A DNA stretch of 39,619 nt from a virus. Taxonomy: Duplodnaviria > Caudoviricetes. The stretch covers positions 1 to 39,619 of the IMG/VR virus record IMGVR_UViG_3300027956_000020; one strand, written 5' to 3'. The position numbers and the translations under genes were made by a program. Shown piece by piece: positions 34,742 to 39,619 of this stretch; the first letter of the stretch is position 1, and every line of letters starts with the position of its first letter. The notes beneath the pieces were generated by a model. It had not been told where the DNA came from, searched no databases, and saw only the letters and a list, made by a program, of their open reading frames with translations.

Positions 34742-34951
34742 TCAGCCGAAGGCGGCTGATAGCACGCCTGGGATCCTACGGATATTCACCAGGAGCGTCT
34801 CTGGATCCTGCGAGTTGGCGACGCAGGTGCCAATGAGATCCTTGCGGGACCGGTCGCTAAGATCCTTGGTGTCGATCACGACAACCCGGTTACCGGACAG
34901 GTGAATCCGATGGATGCCGGTGGATTGCTTGGATGGTGCGCTGGTCTTCAC
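34742..34951 (-). CDS. Hypothetical protein, 69 aa
   Basis: Last ORF of the leftward chain. Confidence 0.5.
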   Translation of the reverse strand: MKTSAPSKQSTGIHRIHLSGNRVVVIDTKDLSDRSRKDLIGTCVANSQDPETLLVNIRRIPGVLSAAFG

Positions 34952-35093
34952 GGATCATGGCTTGGTAGCGCTTCGAGACCTGCTGGCACGTCCAGCATGG
35001 CTCACGAAAGCAGCCGCAGCCGAGTCGATCATGCAGCTGGCGGGCTATCGCTTTGAATCTGGAGAGTTCGTCGTTCTCGTGGTTGGTGTCCAT
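34890..35093 (-). CDS. Small Cys-containing protein, 67 aa
   Basis: GCGC...CWTC motif. Confidence 0.5.
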   Translation of the reverse strand: MDTNHENDELSRFKAIARQLHDRLGCGCFREPCWTCQQVSKRYQAMIREDQRTIQAIHRHPSDSPVR

Positions 35094-35271
35094 TTTTGTG
35101 ACGGTATCGGTGGATGGTTGCGTAGGAGACGGAGAGGATGCGTGCTAGCTCAGCGTCGGTGACGTGCATCGGGGCGCCTTTGATTGCCAGTCGCTTCTCG
35201 ATCGGGATGCGGGGGCGGTCTATTGGTTTTACGAGCCCAAGGAATCGTTTGATGAGTTGGATGAGGTTCAT
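35029..35271 (-). CDS. Small HTH protein, 80 aa
   Basis: ATG 35271 (ATGA overlap); TDAELARILSVSYATIHRYR. Confidence 0.65.
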   Translation of the reverse strand: MNLIQLIKRFLGLVKPIDRPRIPIEKRLAIKGAPMHVTDAELARILSVSYATIHRYRHKNGHQPRERRTLQIQSDSPPAA

Positions 35272-35813
35272 TCGCAGGTGTAGATTTCGGTGGTGGTTTT
35301 GAGATCCGTCGGCCACTCAGGGGTGACTACGAACGAGGGGTCAGAAAACAAGACTCTGTCAGTGGGTTGGATCATAAGGCGTCCATTGTGACCACGCAGA
35401 AACATGAATTCCTTGGCTTGCTCGGGATAACGGCTGAAGCCGTCGTCGATGGGTACGGCCGTAAAGATGTAAGTGCCGTACTTGAATGTGTCAGAGCATT
35501 TCACTACGGCTTCCATACCTCGGAGGTAGGTGTACTCGATCGTGCTGAACTCCCGACCGTAGCAGTCCCAGCGTTGGGCGTGGTCTGGGCGCCAGTCGAG
35601 TTCAGGCTGTGGATCGAATGCTAGCGCGTGAGGCGGCACCGCCCGGTAAACCGCGCCGCACTCAAGCATGATGGTGCAGCCCCACATCCTGCCGGGAATC
35701 GAGACCAGCCCGAACCAAACGCAGGGGATGAACCCGGTGCGGCTGGAGATGAACGAGGCATCGACGAAGCAGTATTGGTGGTGTGGCAGCTGGCCAGATT
35801 GGGAGAAGGTCAT
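35268..35813 (-). CDS. Conserved phage hypothetical protein, 181 aa
   Basis: ATG 35813; PCVWFGLVSIPGR...LECGAVYRAVPPHAL...QRWDCY...NGRLMIQPTDRV. Confidence 0.75.
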   Translation of the reverse strand: MTFSQSGQLPHHQYCFVDASFISSRTGFIPCVWFGLVSIPGRMWGCTIMLECGAVYRAVPPHALAFDPQPELDWRPDHAQRWDCYGREFSTIEYTYLRGMEAVVKCSDTFKYGTYIFTAVPIDDGFSRYPEQAKEFMFLRGHNGRLMIQPTDRVLFSDPSFVVTPEWPTDLKTTTEIYTCE

Positions 35814-35941
35814 GGGTTTTTGAAGTACGCCACCGTGCGTCGGCACGCGATGCAGGTGACCTTGGATTTGTCGGTGGTGGTTCGGGCGCTAGCACGTCCA
35901 CAGGCAGCGCGTTTGGATAGGTGGTTGTAGTGGGTGGTCAT
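35810..35941 (-). CDS. Small His/Cys protein, 43 aa; not in the ORF track
   Basis: MTTHYNHLSKRAACGRASARTTTDKSKVTCIACRRTVAYFKNP; ATGA overlaps on both sides. Confidence 0.6.
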   Translation of the reverse strand: MTTHYNHLSKRAACGRASARTTTDKSKVTCIACRRTVAYFKNP

Positions 35942-36141
35942 GGTTTCAGCGCCTCGAAGGCGATCTGAGATTCGGTTGAGCGGTTGCCGCGATGGTCTTG
36001 GTTGGCGATACTGCGAAGTGCTGCCTCCAGGTGCGCGATCCTGGCACGGGCCTCCTCCAACTCCTTGTACGTTTTGGTGGCGTCGATGGTTCTCATTTCT
36101 TCGATGGTCATGGTGTGCTTATATATGAATGCGGGTTTCAT
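35938..36141 (-). CDS. Array gene, coiled coil, 67 aa (ends EALKP)
   Basis: ATG 36141; ATGA overlaps. Confidence 0.6.
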   Translation of the reverse strand: MKPAFIYKHTMTIEEMRTIDATKTYKELEEARARIAHLEAALRSIANQDHRGNRSTESQIAFEALKP

Positions 36142-36329
36142 CTTCCCTCCAGCCATTTTTCGAGGTCATGGAGTTCATCCACTTTGGCTTCGAGTTCTTT
36201 GATCCGCTTGTTGGCTTCGTTGAGTTCTCGTTCGAGTTTGCGGGAGAATGCTGGCCAGTTTTGAGGCTTGGCTGGCGACCATTCACTGTATTCTCCATCA
36301 AACTCATCCGTCCTTGGTGTATCGCTCAC
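36138..36329 (-). CDS. Array gene, MSDTPRTD/coiled-coil family, 63 aa
   Basis: SD + GTGA overlap; FSRKLERELNEANKRIKELE. Confidence 0.7.
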   Translation of the reverse strand: MSDTPRTDEFDGEYSEWSPAKPQNWPAFSRKLERELNEANKRIKELEAKVDELHDLEKWLEGR

Positions 36330-36607
36330 AACTTCACCTCCTTCACTTTGCCGGTGTCCGGGTCAACGACACCGAGAGCGATGGCATTGAAGAGGATGGT
36401 GTACCCACAGTTGTTGCACTCGACTTTTACCAGAGGAGTGATAGCAGCACCGGGGCAGTGATTACCTTCGTTGAACTCTCGGACCTCAACGAGGGTTCCA
36501 ATGCTCCAAACGGTGGTGGGGATGCAGATCGGGCATTCGCGCTTTCCCTTCCAAACAGTGGAAATGCTGTTGGTGATGAGCTTGCGCTGGGAATCGTTGA
36601 GGTTCAC
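36326..36607 (-). CDS. Array gene, Zn-ribbon protein, 93 aa
   Basis: GTG 36607; CPIC...CNNCGYT; ends KEVKL. Confidence 0.7.
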   Translation of the reverse strand: MNLNDSQRKLITNSISTVWKGKRECPICIPTTVWSIGTLVEVREFNEGNHCPGAAITPLVKVECNNCGYTILFNAIALGVVDPDTGKVKEVKL

Positions 36608-36813
36608 GGCTTGTCCTCCGTAGTAAATCCGATGCCAGCTTTGTCCCACAGCAGCAGATCGGCTCTCAATGCGTCGTTCTCCTGCTCCAGTTGTTTCACC
36701 CGATCCTCCAATTTGCGGACATCTCGGGCGATGGCGCGGAGTTCGAGTTTGTCTTGCCACCAAATTTGAATTGGTTCTTCGACGATATTTAGGATTCGTT
36801 CTTCTATGCTCAC
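36604..36813 (-). CDS. Array gene, MSIEERIL family, 69 aa
   Basis: GTG 36813; paralogue of 37913-38095; ends EDKP. Confidence 0.7.
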   Translation of the reverse strand: MSIEERILNIVEEPIQIWWQDKLELRAIARDVRKLEDRVKQLEQENDALRADLLLWDKAGIGFTTEDKP

Positions 36814-37169
36814 GGCTTGGCCTCCTTTGCTTCTGTCCAAATTCTAACTCTGGCCGCATATTCAAAGGGGTAGATTGCTTCATCCCCCACTGCCTCCAGC
36901 CGCTTGATGCGGTCCTGATATTGCCGGACATCCCCGATGCCCACCGGCAGAGCAACGCTCCCACGCAACCAGTTGGCCCAGAGCGCGTGAGGGTCGTTGG
37001 TGACTGCTTGAAGCCGCACGATGAGTTCGTTAGCTGCGTTGAGTTCGCGTTCAAGTGTGCGAGCGAATTCTGCCGATACAAATTCTTGAAGCTCCGTGTA
37101 TGGCGGTCTAGCCGCATCCGTCCTCGGTGTATCGCTGACCATTTTGTTGGCGTTAACAAGATGGCTCAC
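36810..37169 (-). CDS. Array gene, SDTPRTD/RIKRLE family, 119 aa
   Basis: GTG 37169; ends AKEAKP. Confidence 0.7.
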   Translation of the reverse strand: MSHLVNANKMVSDTPRTDAARPPYTELQEFVSAEFARTLERELNAANELIVRLQAVTNDPHALWANWLRGSVALPVGIGDVRQYQDRIKRLEAVGDEAIYPFEYAARVRIWTEAKEAKP

Positions 37170-37444
37170 GGCTTGGCCTCCTTGGCTTTGCGCCATTGCG
37201 AAGCCATAAATGGATCGTCCCCAAGATTTCTTGGATTGGACAACCATGCAGCCATTGAGTTTCCAACATCCTCCAGCCGCTTGATGCGGTCCATGTAATG
37301 CTTCCGCTCGTACTCTAGCTTGTCCCATAGAGCGCGGAGACGGTTTTCGAGTTCGGTGACGTGCTGCTTCAATATCTCGTTCTCCTTCGCCATATCTCCG
37401 ATGGATTTGCACATACGTTCGTGCGCTTCGTATTGAGGGTTCAT
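37166..37444 (-). CDS. Array gene, coiled-coil RIKRLE family, 92 aa
   Basis: ATG 37444; ends WRKAKEAKP. Confidence 0.7.
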   Translation of the reverse strand: MNPQYEAHERMCKSIGDMAKENEILKQHVTELENRLRALWDKLEYERKHYMDRIKRLEDVGNSMAAWLSNPRNLGDDPFMASQWRKAKEAKP

Positions 37445-37728
37445 CGCTTGTTCTCCTTTGCTCGCTGCCATGCATTGGCCAGCAGCCGATAGTTTGAGTC
37501 GGAAATGGTACCGTCCTTCAGCCACTCAAGCAGCTCGTCACCAGTACTATTCATCAGCTTGATCCGATCTTGCAGGTACTCGACCAGCTCCTTCAGCTCG
37601 TTCACATCGGATTGAAGCTCGCGCTTCTCTTCCGAAAGCTTCAGACAGGTCTGCTCCCAGCTTGGCGGTGGTGTTCCGCGCATCGCCTCAAACAGCGGTC
37701 TTCCGAATGCGTCGTTGATTTGGCTCAT
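37441..37728 (-). CDS. Array gene, coiled-coil family, 95 aa
   Basis: ATG 37728; ends WQRAKENKR. Confidence 0.7.
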   Translation of the reverse strand: MSQINDAFGRPLFEAMRGTPPPSWEQTCLKLSEEKRELQSDVNELKELVEYLQDRIKLMNSTGDELLEWLKDGTISDSNYRLLANAWQRAKENKR

Positions 37729-37916
37729 TTGCACTCCTTCCATTTGAACTGATTTTTATTCGCGCAATCGACAACCCACTCAGCGTGGCCCTTCCTAACA
37801 GCTTCTTCGCGCATGCTGCTCTTGCCAAGTTGATCGCCCCACAGGATGGCTAAGGACAGAAAACAACCGGCCACAAGTCCGTACATACATTGTTCTAAAA
37901 GTGAAATGCTACTCAC
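37725..37916 (-). CDS. Array gene, single-TM 'KGHAEWV...FKWK' family, 63 aa
   Basis: GTG 37916; paralogue of 38836-39021. Confidence 0.7.
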   Translation of the reverse strand: MSSISLLEQCMYGLVAGCFLSLAILWGDQLGKSSMREEAVRKGHAEWVVDCANKNQFKWKECK

Positions 37917-38095
37917 GGCTTCACCTCCTTCTCGTTCCACAGCAGCAGATCGGCGCGGAGAGCGTCGTTCTCGGATTCGAGTTGCTTGATCCGATCCTCC
38001 AGTTTTCGCACCTGAAAGGCGATTGCGCGGAGTTCGCGTGGATGGTTGCAATCGGGAGACTCCGCTAGGAAAAGGATTCGTTCCTCAACACTCAC
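37913..38095 (-). CDS. Array gene, MSVEERIL family, 60 aa
   Basis: GTG 38095; ends KEVKP. Confidence 0.7.
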   Translation of the reverse strand: MSVEERILFLAESPDCNHPRELRAIAFQVRKLEDRIKQLESENDALRADLLLWNEKEVKP

Positions 38096-38415
38096 GGCTT
38101 GGCCTCCTTGGCTTTGTGCCATTGCTTAAGAGCATCAGACTGAGATTCAGTGAAATCAGATGTGTACTCTGGGCAGAAATTCCAAAGCAGATTGTTGCCA
38201 GCCTCCTCCAGCCGCTTGATGCGCTCGTTGGCCGACTCCAGCTTGAGTTCAAGCTCTTTGATTTTTTGGTTAAGCATTTCCATTTTGTTTCCTGTGCGAT
38301 GCGTTTTGGTTTTGCCACTAAGCATTGCTTCCAGTTGCAATGCTGGTGATAGTTTTGTTTTCATTTGTTGTTTATGTTTCAGCGTTCGGTGAAATTGTTT
38401 GATTGAGCTTCTCAC
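38092..38415 (-). CDS. Array gene, RIKRLE family, 107 aa (alternative ATG at 38364 gives 90 aa)
   Basis: Ends WHKAKEAKP. Confidence 0.65.
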   Translation of the reverse strand: MRSSIKQFHRTLKHKQQMKTKLSPALQLEAMLSGKTKTHRTGNKMEMLNQKIKELELKLESANERIKRLEEAGNNLLWNFCPEYTSDFTESQSDALKQWHKAKEAKP

Positions 38416-38609
38416 GGCTTGGCCTCCTTGATGATTAGAAGTACACCCATGTAAACCATCCAAACGGCTCCGATCGGTATCAGCCAAAACAGCCGGAAGA
38501 TCTGTCCAAAGTCATACTGCCCGCTGGAACGGTATGGCCTGAACATGATGCACAGCAGGATTACGGTGATGAGTGCTGGTACGATCCACGATTTGATTGT
38601 GATGGTCAT
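38412..38609 (-). CDS. Array gene, two-TM membrane protein, 65 aa
   Basis: ATG 38609; two hydrophobic helices; ends KEAKP. Confidence 0.7.
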   Translation of the reverse strand: MTITIKSWIVPALITVILLCIMFRPYRSSGQYDFGQIFRLFWLIPIGAVWMVYMGVLLIIKEAKP

Positions 38610-38839
38610 GGCTTTGCCACCTCCTCTTTGATCACACACGTCGGGAGCCACAGGATCACCCCGATCTTGTCGCCTTCCTTTCCGAGTAACATGTTGGTGA
38701 TCGAATCTCCCATCTCATGCGGAACCATCACCGTGATTTCGGTGTGGTTTTTCTTCCTGTGGACTCCGGTTGCGGCTGAGTGGACAGTCTGAGTCTCCAC
38801 ACCATCCCCAGCTTTCTGAAGCAGTTCAATGATACTCAC
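38606..38839 (-). CDS. Array gene, hypothetical, 77 aa
   Basis: GTG 38839; ends EEVAKP. Confidence 0.65.
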   Translation of the reverse strand: MSIIELLQKAGDGVETQTVHSAATGVHRKKNHTEITVMVPHEMGDSITNMLLGKEGDKIGVILWLPTCVIKEEVAKP

Positions 38840-39021
38840 GGCTTTGCCTCCTTCCATTTGAACACTGCTCTTCCGCTCTGATCGGCCACCCATTCGGCGT
38901 GGCCTTTGATGACCGCATGTTCCTTTACCTGTCGCGCTCCGATATGTCCTCCCCAGAGGATGCATGCAGCGGCAACAAGTCCTGCGATTAGTCCGGCTAT
39001 GATTGGTCTTGAGTCTTTCAT
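38836..39021 (-). CDS. Array gene, single-TM 'KGHAEWV...FKWK' family, 61 aa
   Basis: ATG 39021; ends KEAKP. Confidence 0.7.
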   Translation of the reverse strand: MKDSRPIIAGLIAGLVAAACILWGGHIGARQVKEHAVIKGHAEWVADQSGRAVFKWKEAKP

Positions 39022-39074
39022 TGGTTGTTTCGGTTTCAGCATTCGGTGAAACTGCCTGATTTAGTGAATGTCGC

Positions 39075-39344
39075 TCACGGCTTGGCCTCCTTGGCTTTGC
39101 GCCATTTTGAAACAGTGTACTGCACGGCATTCAACCGCTCATCGCGTAGCCACGCCTCCATCGCATCCCCCGCCTCCTCCAGCCGCTTGATGCGCTCTTG
39201 AAGTTGCAGGTTTGCTTCATCCAACAATTGCTGCTGCCGGATGATTGCGTTGGCCGCGGTGAGTTCTCGTTCAAGCCTCCTGCACAGCATGCCGAGTTCG
39301 GCCACGTTGTGAGGGGTCGAGTCTGATATTGGGGTGTCGCTCAT
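39075..39344 (-). CDS. Array gene, MSDTP/RIKRLE family, 89 aa
   Basis: ATG 39344; ends WRKAKEAKP. Confidence 0.7.
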   Translation of the reverse strand: MSDTPISDSTPHNVAELGMLCRRLERELTAANAIIRQQQLLDEANLQLQERIKRLEEAGDAMEAWLRDERLNAVQYTVSKWRKAKEAKP

Positions 39345-39619
39345 TTCGCCTCCCCCCATTTGCCAATCGTGCGTAGGAAAGCCTCTGCGCGTTGGGATGC
39401 GGTTGACGAAAGATAGCATCTATACCAATCTTTAACTCGAACTTGTTTACAAATATCCCATAATATCCAGCGGTATTGTTCAAATTGATCAACTGTAAGC
39501 ATCTTCTCCGCATCGTGCATGGCGTTGAGGTCGAACGGGTAGTTCGGGACATCGACACACACATCAAATTCGCTTGGTGTGCCTTTATGTCGTGTCGTAA
39601 CTCCCAACACCCTTCCGGA
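39341..39619 (-). CDS. Partial gene, phage ABA-sandwich/BC1872-like protein
   Basis: Open to the window end; PNYPFDLNAMHDAE...TASQRAEAFLRTIGKW. Confidence 0.65.
   Translation of the reverse strand, partial: SGRVLGVTTRHKGTPSEFDVCVDVPNYPFDLNAMHDAEKMLTVDQFEQYRWILWDICKQVRVKDWYRCYLSSTASQRAEAFLRTIGKWGEAK

Larger units (their letters stand above)
35938..39360 (-). repeat. Dispersed junction repeat AAGGAGGCCAAGCCGTGA and internal repeat CGCATCAAGCGGCTGGAGG
   Basis: Exact 18-mer ending at 36810, 37166, 38092, 38412, 39075, with variants at ~10 other junctions; exact 19-mer at 36893, 37270, 38205, 39176. Confidence 0.9.

Noticed and set aside
35938-39360. Junction repeats as a CRISPR array or integron attC sites
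   Set aside because: Spacing is 180-360 bp and coding, the repeats are not palindromic, no RYYYAAC/GTTRRRY pairs are evident, and no cas or integrase gene is present in the window.
1-39619. tRNA/rRNA genes, integrase, DNA polymerase, alternative genetic code
   Set aside because: None recognised by eye; genes pack tightly under the standard code. Absence from the whole genome cannot be concluded because the window is truncated.

Overview
The window is most of the genome of a tailed dsDNA phage with a podovirus-like virion module, cut at both ends. The SSB and HU/IHF sequences suggest a Verrucomicrobiota/PVC-type host (inference). Layout: (i) 1-10754, minus: nozzle, large tailspike, tail fibre, adaptor, cupin and three ejection/internal proteins; (ii) 10798-17413, plus: large terminase, SSB, portal, scaffold; (iii) 17410-22660, minus: major capsid protein behind a long structured leader, second tail fibre with chaperones, and a holin/spanin-like lysis cluster with no endolysin; (iv) 22871-28124: RHH regulator, SF2 helicase, VRR-NUC nuclease, TOPRIM primase-helicase; (v) an AT-rich origin-like region at about 28.1-28.5 kb where the GC skew flips; (vi) 29221-34559, plus: early-type genes (MoxR-like AAA+ with a vWA-like partner, DUF3846-like protein, i-type-lysozyme-like muramidase, DUF2829/Tad2-like protein, HU/IHF); (vii) 34742-39619, minus: small genes chained by 4-bp overlaps. 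Top candidate for a new system: in region vii about 15 gene junctions share the sequence AAGGAGGCCAAGCCGTGA or a variant (Shine-Dalgarno + 'KEAKP' + stop + next start), and several genes share internal homology blocks. This looks like a recombination-shuffled mini-gene cassette library. Also notable: genome-wide enrichment of the palindrome TGCTAGCA against general CTAG depletion. All family assignments come from motif recognition and all counts were made by eye; no searches were run.
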